Shown: one piece after another, positions 38,993 to 49,186 of the stretch
Layout: each line of letters starts with the position of its first letter
Position numbering within the stretch: position 1 is the first letter of the stretch
Assembly: GCA_046563655.1 (NCBI GenBank)
Contig: CM102287.1
Span: 620,001-684,000, forward strand
Length of the DNA: 64,000 bases
From: Yuukianura sp. NJ FZ-2021
Lineage: Eukaryota
Direction: 5' to 3'
The notes under the pieces: generated by a model
The model's input: only the letters and a program-made list of their open reading frames with translations
Database searches by the model: none
What the model was told of the DNA's origin: nothing
Made by a program: the position numbers and the translations under genes

Positions 38993-41071
38993 ATGTCTGA
39001 CAAACGTTGTTCCGACGTTGAACCGAAGAAGAAATCGTTTCACGACAAGTTACTGGATGGATTCAAGGTTTCTGGACGAGTGGACGTATTACCACAACAC
39101 GACAAAAGATATCCTGATCTTGTTGCTGAAAGACGGGAAAGAAACAATTGGCCTGTGTTTCCCATTCGTAATCATCCAAAGTTCGGACTCGCGACGATGT
39201 GGAAACCGTCTGAATTCTATCGCAAAAGTTCATCGTTTCCTGTGACGAAACGGGAAAAAGTTCCCCTGACATTCGTGGATTCGGCTCTGAAATTTGAAGA
39301 AATGAAACGTGTGCTACAAGGAGAAACTGAAATTGGGGTTGACATTGAGAATTCGCTAATTCCGGACTACATTTCGAGATATACATGCCTGTTGCAATTT
39401 TCAACATTCAAAGAAGATTTCGTGGTTTGTCCGTTCCTACTTCATGCAAAAATCAAAGAATTGGAATCAATTTTTCTCAATCCGGATATCATCAAAATCA
39501 TCTTCTCTGCTCAAAACGATCTGTTAGCATTGGCACTGGATTTCCAACTCTTTGCTGTAGCGGTAATCGACCCACAAATCATTCATCGTGAATTCATTGG
39601 TGAGAACTTGTCACTGGAAAAATTTGTTCAACTTTACATGGATAAATCTACTCAAATTGACAAATCGGCTCAATGCTGTGATTGGAGAGTACGACCATTG
39701 AAGTCCGACATGTTGAACTACGCTAAAGACGACACTCATCTGTTGATTAGAGCATGGACTACAATGAAAACACAACTGGGATTGTTTAAAGAAGAAAACA
39801 AAAAGAAATTACAGAAGTCTATCGAAATCTGCAACCGAATGGTAACGAAGATTCCAAAATTACCAGTTTATCCATCGGCCGAAGAATTATCTTACAAGTT
39901 GCGAGTTCCAGTCAGTCAAAGCAGTTTGTTTGATGACTTGTACAAATGGAGACAAGAATTGGCCAAAAGGAAGAATGTGGAACCGAAATTTATCATGTCA
40001 GATACAACTTTACTTGAATTGGCAAACAACTGCCCCATTCGTACCACAAGATCGCACAATCAAGCAGGAATTCAAGATTTTCTGCGTAAAAATTCAATGG
40101 CATGGGAACGAGCTGACGATCTGGTGAAAATCACTAGAAAGTATGACAAGTACAACTACGATGTACTTAAACAAAAAGTCAACTACTTCTTTGGCTCACA
40201 GAAGAATTCCAATGCAAGTAACAAGAAAGATGACATGCAGTCTAAATTAGTAACAACGTCTACTAGAAGTAACAAAACTACTGAAATTGTTGAGAGACCA
40301 ATGGAAGTGACCACTACTCGAAACATCGCTGCTAAAGAAGACGACAATAGGTCAAAGCTATTGCCGACTTCTGCTAAAAGTGTCAACAACACTCAAATTA
40401 CTGACAAACCAACGGAAGTGAAAAGCAGTCGAAACGTCACTTTAATTCAAACCAAACCGGCACAACAAGACGTAATAACCGACATCCAACCAACGTTTAC
40501 TGTACAGCTTCCATCATTGACAGAATATCTGCAGATTCATGCTGACGAGGATATGGAAGATATAACTGACGAGTTGCAGATCAGCATCCAACAAAACGAG
40601 AGACAAGTGGTGACAGTTCCTGCATCAATTCAAAAGCCAAGTTACAAAGATTCACTTGTTTGTTATCTTTGTTTCTCAAACGGGCACAACAGACACGACT
40701 GTCCTCAAGTCAACAAAGAACCGGACGCAAGGAATACTCTGGATAGAAAACAAAACCGGAAACTCTATTTTGAACAACGTCCAGAAAAGAGAAATCATTT
40801 GACTCATAAAATGAATGTCAAAAGAAGGGAGAAACTTAAGAAGAAACGTCAATCTGGAAATTCTGCATGCTGTTTTCGGAACTCCGGACGTGTCGAGTGG
40901 AAACGAGGCGACAAGAAGACGAAGATTGTATCCGCTGGTCGAGGTCGGAGGACCGTGCATGAGGGTCGCGCTGATGGAGGCGCATTTCCCGGGCGCAATA
41001 TGAAGCGGAGAGGGACTGACGAAGGACGGATTCGGAACTCCGGGGAAAACCGAGTAGGTAGGAATAGGTAG
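38993..41071 (+). CDS. ORF3: Rrp6/EXOSC10 (RNase D family)-like DEDDy 3'-5' exonuclease + HRDC + CCHC knuckle (692 aa)
   Basis: ExoI IGVDIE, TCLLQFSTFKEDFVV, ExoII SAQNDL, DWRVRPL, ExoIII YAKDDTHLL; HRDC-like LFDDLYKWRQELAKRKNVEPKFIMSDTTLLELA; CYLCFSNGHNRHDC; ORF ends inside 3' LTR. Confidence 0.92.
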   Translation: MSDKRCSDVEPKKKSFHDKLLDGFKVSGRVDVLPQHDKRYPDLVAERRERNNWPVFPIRNHPKFGLATMWKPSEFYRKSSSFPVTKREKVPLTFVDSALKFEEMKRVLQGETEIGVDIENSLIPDYISRYTCLLQFSTFKEDFVVCPFLLHAKIKELESIFLNPDIIKIIFSAQNDLLALALDFQLFAVAVIDPQIIHREFIGENLSLEKFVQLYMDKSTQIDKSAQCCDWRVRPLKSDMLNYAKDDTHLLIRAWTTMKTQLGLFKEENKKKLQKSIEICNRMVTKIPKLPVYPSAEELSYKLRVPVSQSSLFDDLYKWRQELAKRKNVEPKFIMSDTTLLELANNCPIRTTRSHNQAGIQDFLRKNSMAWERADDLVKITRKYDKYNYDVLKQKVNYFFGSQKNSNASNKKDDMQSKLVTTSTRSNKTTEIVERPMEVTTTRNIAAKEDDNRSKLLPTSAKSVNNTQITDKPTEVKSSRNVTLIQTKPAQQDVITDIQPTFTVQLPSLTEYLQIHADEDMEDITDELQISIQQNERQVVTVPASIQKPSYKDSLVCYLCFSNGHNRHDCPQVNKEPDARNTLDRKQNRKLYFEQRPEKRNHLTHKMNVKRREKLKKKRQSGNSACCFRNSGRVEWKRGDKKTKIVSAGRGRRTVHEGRADGGAFPGRNMKRRGTDEGRIRNSGENRVGRNR

Positions 41072-41365
41072 AGTAGGAGGACTATGTTCTCGAGATAGGA
41101 TACAGAAATATTCTTTTTCACATTTTTCTGTAACGAGAGTCTCTTCCCAACCTTCAACAAGTGAACACCTAATTAAAAGTCTATTCCATTAGTTCACTGT
41201 TGTTGTCACGACCAGTTCATTTCTCAGTTGATGTTGGCTCAATAGGAGAACCTAGCATTGTTGACCTCAGGTCAAATCTTCTCTCCAGGAAGATTCGACC
41301 TGAACTGCAGATTTCCCTGTAGAGGAAATCACAGTTACGGTCTCAGGGACTGCGGGGTTGTTGCA
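41001..41365 (+). repeat. 3' LTR of Gypsy element A
   Basis: Direct repeat of 32124-32488. Confidence 0.97.
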
Positions 41366-42420
41366 TATTTGCCATCGTTACCAACTGGGAACAAATCCAT
41401 CAAATATCCCTTTGTCATTTTTGAAAACTGCCTACTTTTGATATTAAGTTGCGTTGAGTTACTTAGCATACCTATTTGTAAGAAGTATTTATAATGTCAA
41501 GCAACTAGTTAGTCTCATAGGCAAGATAGAGCTACATATTTGCAAAGCATCCAGTAATGGGGCTCTCGATACTGGTGTTTACATTTAGAGCCCCATGATT
41601 TCACTACAGTAAATGGCTATCCCCCCTAAGTTATCTGATGAAGGTTTCTCATTTTGGAGCCCTAACATTAGAGGCTTGGCAGGGTTGTGGGTATTGCTAT
41701 AACTTCAATGTAACCTTTGCATGTTTTGTTGGCCATGATTTTAGTAAAGCATTTATTCTAAAGCAAATTGTGCTGATATTTGCCATCGTTACCAACTGGG
41801 AACAAATCCATCAAATATCCCTTTGTCATTTTTGAAAAGTGCCTACTTTTGATATTAAGTTGCGTTGAGCTACTTAGCATACCTATTTGTAAGAAGTATT
41901 TATAATGTCAAGCAACTAGTTAGTCTCATAGGCAAGATAGAGCTACATATTTGCAAAGCATCCAGTAATGGGGCTCTCGATACTGGTGTTTCCATTTAGA
42001 GCCCCATGATTTCACTACAGTAAATAGCTATCCCCCCTAAGTTATCTGATGAAGGTTTCTCATCTTGGAGCCCTAACATTAGAGGCTTGGCAGGGTTGTG
42101 GGTGTTGCTATAACTTCAATGTAACCTTTGCATGTATTGTTGGCCATGATTTTAGTAAAGCATTTATTCCAAAGCAAATTGTGCTGATATTTGCCATCGT
42201 TACCAACTGGGAACAAATCCATCAAATATCCCTTTGTCATTTTTGAAAACTGCCTACTTTTGATATTAAGTTGCGTTGAGTTACTTAGCATACCTATTTG
42301 TAAGAAGTATTTATAATGTCAAGCAACTAATTAGTCTCATAGGCAAGATAGAGCTACATATTTGCAAAGCATCCAGTAATGGGGCTCTCGATACTGGTGT
42401 TTACATTTAGAGCCCCATGA
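41366..42420. repeat. Satellite array block 3 (~2.6 monomers)
   Basis: Monomer resumes in register after TSD; ends abruptly at AGCCCCATGA. Confidence 0.99.
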
Positions 42421-42803
42421 TGAGGCAGACGGAACGTCTCTACTTGACCTCTGACCTAACTGACTCCTATGCTGCCCTTACTCCAACAAATGAAAAATGA
42501 GATGGAAGGCGAAGATCGGTCAGAGAGCTCTGTCTTGGTTGAGGTCTTTATTCATACTAGCCCTGTCTATATACAAGTTTTCCCTATCTCTCATCATTTT
42601 GAATTGTGTTCCCGCCGGGGTCTCACCTTACCCGGTTGCACACTACGGGCTCTAAAAAGAACCTCCGGGAAGGGGGGGGGGGTGATCTGCCAGTGACGAG
42701 GGGGTCCTCGGGCGACGTGTCCAGGCGGCAATTCCAAGTCCAGATGAAATCCAATGTACAGGTCTGGTTGTGATCATGATGAGGGATTGTAATGATGAAG
42801 TGT

Positions 42804-44870
42804 TTATTGTTGATTTGGATTTGAATTAAATCGAAGATAAGGGTGGAATCCTCCGCATTTGTCCATGACTTTGCGCTGATTGTGTTTTTTCAATGGAATG
42901 AAGTAGTCTGGATACTTGTAGTGGAGTCGTTTCTTTTGACAGGCGCGTAAAAACTTGAATTGTGATGACTCCTTAATAAGTGGATCGTTGTGAGGACATT
43001 GTTCTCGTTGATGATCCTCGGCAAAACAGACGAAACAGTGGACTGGACATTGTGGAAGTAATTTCTGCGGAACGGATGGTTGTTGTGGATTCGGCGATTT
43101 TGCCATTGGAATTGTTGGAAGACTATTAACAGGCGTAGAAATGGTGGAATAAGGTTGAAGTACAGCAGCCAATTCAGTAGATGTGGTGCTATGTACAGGC
43201 GTAGAGATGGTGGGACTTGAGGCGAATAGTTTCAGTAACTTTGAGTTTTCACTCGTTTGGGGCGGAATGATGTTGGTTTCCGCGGGCGTTACATCGATAA
43301 CACAAGAGTCCGTCTGCGTCTGTGCAGTTGCCGTGATGGTGGTTGGCGGGGCTTCAGTTTGAATAGCCACTTCTGCATATGTTTTGATGTTGGGTTGTTC
43401 CATTGATGTGGTAAAATCTTGCAAAGTTTGTGTATCTTCTAGAGACATTGCTGAGTCACTGTCGCTTAAGTCGATGATTGGACGAAAATTGACAGTTTGT
43501 GGAATCGGCATTGTGAATGGTGGCCTGGGCGGTTGTTGAGCGAGTTCCGAATCCCAATCTTCTTCCTCTTGATTTGTGTTTGTGGGAGTTGTAACTTTAA
43601 GAGTTGAATGTGGCGGTACGACAACGACTGAGCGGATTTTTGGGCGATTTGTAGTTGGTTTCGGAGTAGATGATGTTGGCTGGACTGGAAATTTCTTGAT
43701 CAGATGCAAAGTCGGGTAAGCCATGAATCTTGAGAAGTAGCTGTGAGATGCTGACTGTGGCTCAATTTAATTTAAATCTGCACTTCCTTTGATCTGGTGA
43801 GCTTCTTTAACAATGTTCAGTAGTTTTTCTCTGGAACACAGTGATCTGGGTGGAAGGTCCTGATTTTTGCCAATTTCATTTCGCTTGTCGAAAATATGGA
43901 GAAGTAAGCGTTGTTGACTTGGACTTAAATCTTCTCTGTTCTGGATAGAATCGAATGTCTCCACAACGGGTTGAATGAAGTCTCTGGAGTGTTTTGGAGG
44001 TGACCAAGTAACCTGTAGCCATTGATCTTTGTATTGAGGAAAGTCAGTTGCAGATCCATAACGAGATTTACAGCGGTTCCATGCTTTGAGAAGAAAATGA
44101 GAGTCAGTGCGAGCATAATGGAGTTGTTCTTCAGTGAGGGGGCGTTTGGTCCAGTCTGTTGTAGCTCCGATTGACTTGTCGGTGAGTTTTTCATCATCGA
44201 AATGAACGTGTTCTCGGATGACTGTCCAGAAATCAGCTTGTTTGGATCTTTTCTCAAAATCGTACTGATGTTGAAATCTGTAGTAGACTTTTTGCAGATC
44301 AATGACAGCAACCGGAGAAATGTGGTAGAAAAGATGCCACTTATGTAAGTCTTGTTCTCCGGCATGTAGGATTTTCAAAATATTGGGGCTCTCCAGGATG
44401 GTTTTCAGTTGGCAAATTGAATCAGCAAATTTCAGTGGACATAAGATGTAATCAGTTTCTTGAGTAGAGAATTGCATCAAAGCTGGGAAGGTATGGCCGA
44501 AGTAAGAGAGATCATATTGTGGAGAGAATTCCATGTCCAAACCGATTTCGTCTTGAATTGACAGATCATTTAGCATTGAGTTGAAGTCGTCCTGAGTTTT
44601 GATGACAATGAGTGGAGTAGTTTGGCGAGTGTCATCCATTGAAAGATCATGATGTGGTTTGACATGTCGTGGTTCAAGTGCAAAGTTTAGGATGGCCTTT
44701 CGATTTACATTTTCAGGGAACAAGATTCCCGCGTGATTCCGTTTGATTGCAATTTCTCGAAAGGCTTTGTACTCAAGATTATTAAAAGGCCGGATTCTTT
44801 TAGTTGCCGCATCATTGGTGTTGGTGACTCGTTCCATGACCGATTTTCTGAGTAACTGACTTTCTGCCAT
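42804..44870 (-). pseudogene. Second Rrp6-like exonuclease + HRDC + CCHC ORF3, ~688 codons with a single in-frame TAA at 43767-43769
   Basis: IGLDME, ALMQFSTQETDYIL, HAGEQDL, DWTKRPL, YARTDSHFLLKAW; HRDC-like QQRLLLHIFDKRNEIGK; the 42 nt between ORFs 43767-44870 and 42804-43724 are open and in frame; CFVCFAEDHQREQC. Confidence 0.85.
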
Positions 44871-44944
44871 CTACAAGATGAAATAAATCAAATGAGTCAT
44901 GATTGACTAAATTGTTTTTAGAAGAGGCAAAGTGGTGAAAAACA

Positions 44945-45219
44945 TTCCAGAAAGCGGAAAATCCTTTAGTGGACATGCAACAAATTTCCTTCAAGTGGAA
45001 AAGTCTTTAATTAGACAATGTGACTTTAGTTCTTTAAGTAGAAAGTCCTGAATTGGACATTTTCAAAATTCCTTAATCGGAAAGTCTTGAATTAGACAAC
45101 GAAATCGAATTTCCCTAAATGGAAAAGTCCTAAATCGGACATTTGAAATTTCTTTAATCGAAAAGTCTTGAATTAGACATTTGAATTTCTTTAATTGAAA
45201 AGTCCTGAATTGGACATTT
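44945..45219 (-). repeat. ~40-bp-period array of alternating hairpins upstream of element B ORF3
   Basis: Seven GTC[C/T]-N6-[G/A]GAC-type units alternate with TT(T)C-N6-7-GAA(A) units. Confidence 0.85.
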
Positions 45220-45376
45220 AATGAGTTCAACATTTTTATTTTAGTTGTCTTGCTTTCGTAATGCTAACATAATTGATTTGCCTCTGTAACCAGCAAGTGT
45301 TCTGTATGATGAGTGAGGTGAGCCACTTCTACCCCCGTATTTCTCAAATTGCCCCAGGTCAACATGCGCAAAAGGA

Positions 45377-45511
45377 CAATTACGGTTGCGCGGTATTACT
45401 GTATTTCCGGTGGTACGGCGACACGTTATTCACGGTTGCGGTGACCTGAAAGGCAATTACGGTTGCGCGGTATTACAGTATTTCCGGTCGTACGACGACA
45501 CGTTATTCACG
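45377..45511. repeat. Subterminal tandem repeat (~77-bp period, x2), probable Polinton TIR region
   Basis: CAATTACGGTTGCGCGGTATTAC...GACACGTTATTCACGG occurs twice. Confidence 0.65.
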
Positions 45512-45828
45512 GGTTCACGGTATATATTCAATCATTGCTCTACGGTATTTATCCCGTTTTGAGATATTTCATCATCACCAGTTTCGCGATACGAGAATTT
45601 TCTTTGGTTAAGTGCAATCAAGCTAGGTGAAGAATTTACGTCGCAAACAATATATGTGAAAAGAAGCACTATGCGCTATGTTCATTTAAAAAGTGTATAT
45701 TGTAATTCCCTTAAATATGAATGAGTGCTAAAACGAAAAAGAAAGAATTAGGTAGCTATTATCAAATCCTAACTAAAACCTGCAGTATCTATCGAGAAGC
45801 TGAACTGGACACATCGTTGAAAACAACC

Positions 45829-46304
45829 ATGAGGCAAAAGTACGTGTTCCATCACGAACATTATTATAATACTTTGAGGGACCAAATTGGGCATGGTATC
45901 CCTGTATTTCATGGTGTGCGTCAGAGAGGAGGAGGCATTGGTTCTATCTTGGGGGGTTTGGCAAAATATGCTTTACCAATCATAATGAAGTGGATCATCC
46001 CGCACGCACGACAAGCGGCGGCTAAAACTGTGAAGTTACTGGTGGAACTCATTCAGTTAAGAGTGCTCTCAAGAAAAACAGCATTGGCTTCCTCAAAGGC
46101 GTCGGTACCGACTTGCTGAATTCTGCAGATAGCGGTCAAACCGGGAAAGGGGTTCGTTCTAAAGCGAAAAAGACTTATACCAAAAAGAAACCCCGAAAAC
46201 AAAGTGAGAAGGTTAAAACGAAATCCGTTGCGAAGAAAAGGAAGGCTTCGTCATCTTCAAAAAAAAGTACTTCCAAGAGATCAAAGCTTGACATATTTGC
46301 ATAA
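45829..46304 (+). pseudogene. Polinton basic Gly-rich core/cement-like protein (frameshifted)
   Basis: QIGHGIPVFHGVRQRGGGIGSILGGLAKYALP, QTGKG, Lys-rich tail ending DIFA, directly upstream of MCP. Confidence 0.7.
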
Positions 46305-47602
46305 TGTCACTCCTTCACTCAAGGTCTAAGCCAGCGATTCGGGGTGAAGTTGATTTGTTTTCGATCCCCGCAACAGATACTACCTGCGATTATAGCATGT
46401 ATGAAGAATATCAACCTGTAGTGAACGTTCAAGACTCTTCTAACAAAATTGAGTTTAAGATTCCCGGGAATGGGAATCATTATTTGGATTTAGCAGATAT
46501 TTTCTTGCGGATCAAGCTGAAGGTAGCTCAGAAGAACGGATCACCATTGGGGACAGACTCGACCGTTGGAACAGTTAACTTGTTCATGCATGCACTATTT
46601 TCTCAGCTTGATATTTACTGCAATGAAAAACTGGTATCCACTAGCAACAATGGGTATTCCTACAGAGCATACATCGAAACGTTATTGTGCTATGGGAAAG
46701 ATTATAAAAGCTCTCAAGGCGGATGTGCCCTTTATTACGAAGATACGAATGGTGGAATTGCGGATTCATCGAATACTGGATGGCAAAAACGGAAATCTTA
46801 CATAAGTGAGTCCAAAACCGTAGAGTTAATTGACAAACTCCGGTTTAATCTGGCAAACCAACATCGTTACATTCTGAATGACGTCAACGTAAGAATTTGC
46901 CTGACAAGATCTTCAGATTCGTTTGCACTTTTCTCAAAGACGAAAGGCGAGGAAGGTACAATCAAGCTCCTGTCAGCAACTTATTATATTCGTAAGCAAG
47001 TTCCATTCCCGAGCATAATTCTGGCACACCAAAGGCTCCTAGAAAAGGGGAGATAGCCCAATACCCATTTAAAGCAACAGAAATGAAGTACTTCACTATC
47101 GCACAAGGAAATTCGTCAGCATTGGAGGAGAATCTGTTTGCGAACACTGTGCCCAGTCGCATTGTGATTGGATTTGTAGACAGTTTAGCCTTCAACGGAG
47201 ACGTCAATTCAAATCCTTTTCGGTTCCACCATTTTCACATCAAAACGATTTCCATATCTGTCAACAACGTTTCAATACCAATACGTCCCTTGACACTAGA
47301 TTTTGCAACAGATGATTGTCTTTTGGCGTACTACCTACTTTTCACGAGCACAGGGATTGCAGGTCAAGACGTTGGACTATCATTTGGGCGTGAGGAGTAT
47401 AAAGAAAGCAACGCACTCTTTACATTCGACATTCAGCAACCCACGGGGAATGAATCATTGCTTCACTTAGAAAAAATCTGGAAACGTAAAAGTTGAAGTT
47501 CAATTTGGCGTAGCATTGGAGAAGTCAGTTCATTGTATCGTCCTATCTGAACATCAAGGGGTTCTGGAAATCGATAAGTTCAGACAAGCAGCTGTGCAAT
47601 GA
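46304..47602 (+). pseudogene. Polinton major capsid protein (double jelly-roll), two frameshifts
   Basis: EVDLFSIPAT...IEFKIPGNGNHYLDL, HALFSQLDI, YSYRAYIETLL, PSRIVIGFV, NPFRFHHF; tail GNVKVEVQF...VLEIDKFR. Confidence 0.88.
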
Positions 47603-48158
47603 ATACCACAGAAATCCGGAATATTCTTAGAAGAGGCAGCAAAAACTCATACCAGACGGCGGTACTACCCTCCGACAAGTTAAATGCAGTCACCTCAGAC
47701 CAATTTGCAATTGTGGCAAACTCTCAAACATCTAAAGAGCCAGGCATGCACTGGATAAGTATGTTTAAAAAACGAGGAAGTAATGAGGTAGAGTTTTTCG
47801 ATAGTTGTACCATGCCAATTGAATTTTACAACACTAGTTTTGTCAGTTTTCTTTTTTCAAAGAGCAATGTCAGAATGAGTAAATTTAGGGTACAACCTGA
47901 GCATAGCAACGCTTGTGGCAATTTTCATTGTATTATCTCTTTCACAGGATTAGTGGGGAGTCGTTTGAAACAATTTTGAGTAAATTTGACGAAATTGACT
48001 TAGTTAAAAACGACACTCTTGTTAGAAACTATTTATATGCTAACTTTGGGTACGATAACTCATTCAACATCGAGAGTGGTAGCAACCACGATATCCGTAC
48101 TGAGGTGCAGGAAATTGTGCAGTGTTGTGAAATTGTGGAAGTTCTTCTTTGCTTGTAA
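47599..48158 (+). pseudogene. Adenain-like cysteine (capsid maturation) protease, frameshifted
   Basis: PGMHWISM (His), EFFDS (Asp), VQPEHSNACG (Gln/Cys). Confidence 0.85.
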
Positions 48159-48257
48159 GTGGGTTTAAACAAATGTAATATTAATAATAACCTTATGATT
48201 CACTAATGTTTGAAATATATGTTAATTAATAAATATTTCAAAATTTTATTGAAGACA

Positions 48258-49178
48258 ATGAAATCCAACGTTGCAAAACAGTATAAACGCATAGGAAGAA
48301 TCGGTTATTTGGGCAGCAAAAGAGTTCTGAGTAAGTTGTGCGGAATTCCAGAATCCGAAGCTTTGAAGTTTATGCAGTCACAAGACTCATACACTCGTCA
48401 CAAAAGTCGTAGATGCAAGTTCCGCAGGAGGCGAGTGATTTCACATGGACTAAACTACCTATGGCAAGCAGACATTGTCTTCTTGCCAAAGTATACTGAC
48501 GAGAACGATGGATATTCATGTCTTCTGACTGCGATAGATGTCTTATCCAAATTCGGATTTGCTGTTCCCATGAGGTCCAAAAAAACCTGTGAAGTCATTC
48601 AAGCATTTAAAAAAATTCTGTCGTCTGGAAGACGGCCAACAACACTCGAGTGTGACCAAGGTGGTGAATTTTGGTCGGCAGCTTTCAAGAAATGGGCCAA
48701 GTCACAGGGAATACTAATGTATCATAACTTCTCAGACTTTGGCTCATCTGTCGTGGAAAGATTTAACAGAACAATTTGTACTGCCATTTCTAAGCATCTT
48801 ACACAAACCGAAGAGAAAAGATACATTGAAGCACTACCTTTACTATTGAAGACATACAATAGCAGGGTGCATTCTCGTACGAATCACGCCCCGAGGAATG
48901 TCGATAAATATAACGAAATGGACGTATGGCTGGAATGCTACAAGGATTTGTATATGAACCCAAAGCGCAAGCCTTCTTTAAAATTGTACGACAGAGTCCG
49001 TTTAGATAAAACAAAGAAGATATTTGAGAAAGGTTATTGGCCAGCATTTACAACCGAAGTTTTCGAAATTGCTGAAGTTATAAATTCCATTCCTGTGACG
49101 TACCGTGTCAAAGACCTGAATGGTGATCTAATTTCTGGAATCTATTACAGTCAAGAGCTCAGCAAGATAAACAACTAG
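48258..49178 (+). CDS. Polinton retroviral-like (c-)integrase
   Basis: LWQADIV, IDVLSKF, CDQGGEF, VVERFNRT, FEKGY...FTTEVF. Confidence 0.93.
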   Translation: MKSNVAKQYKRIGRIGYLGSKRVLSKLCGIPESEALKFMQSQDSYTRHKSRRCKFRRRRVISHGLNYLWQADIVFLPKYTDENDGYSCLLTAIDVLSKFGFAVPMRSKKTCEVIQAFKKILSSGRRPTTLECDQGGEFWSAAFKKWAKSQGILMYHNFSDFGSSVVERFNRTICTAISKHLTQTEEKRYIEALPLLLKTYNSRVHSRTNHAPRNVDKYNEMDVWLECYKDLYMNPKRKPSLKLYDRVRLDKTKKIFEKGYWPAFTTEVFEIAEVINSIPVTYRVKDLNGDLISGIYYSQELSKINN

Positions 49179-49186
49179 TTAACGAC

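Larger units (their letters stand above)
32124..41365 (+). mobile_element. Ty3/Gypsy LTR retrotransposon A, full length, with extra exonuclease ORF3
   Basis: 365-bp LTRs TG...CA at 32124-32488 and 41001-41365 (1 mismatch seen); 4-bp TSD TATT; PBS-like TGGCGACCG at 32490; gag, pol (PR-RT-RH-IN order), ORF3. Confidence 0.97.
42421..45306 (-). mobile_element. 3' part of Gypsy-like element B (probable 3' LTR, exonuclease ORF3, hairpin array, pol tail), truncated by Polinton
   Basis: Minus-strand terminus ...TGCCTCA abutting satellite; minus-strand TATA (~42570) then AATAAA (42547-42552); ORF3 homologous in architecture to element A; tail YRTLAGYR (45241-45306) resembles element A pol end YRSMAGLR. 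Second LTR is not in the window. Confidence 0.7.

Noticed and set aside
38993..41071. ORF3 as env or as the host EXOSC10 gene
   Set aside because: No signal peptide or transmembrane segment; it is intronless, lies between LTRs and lacks the long host N-terminus
193..42291. Dozens of 65-70 aa ORFs on both strands in the satellite
   Set aside because: Artefacts of the repeat monomer: no recognisable domain, overlapping antisense pairs, and broken by stops or indels in some copies
44945..45219. CRISPR-like appearance of regularly spaced palindromes
   Set aside because: No unique spacers, no cas genes, eukaryotic transposon context
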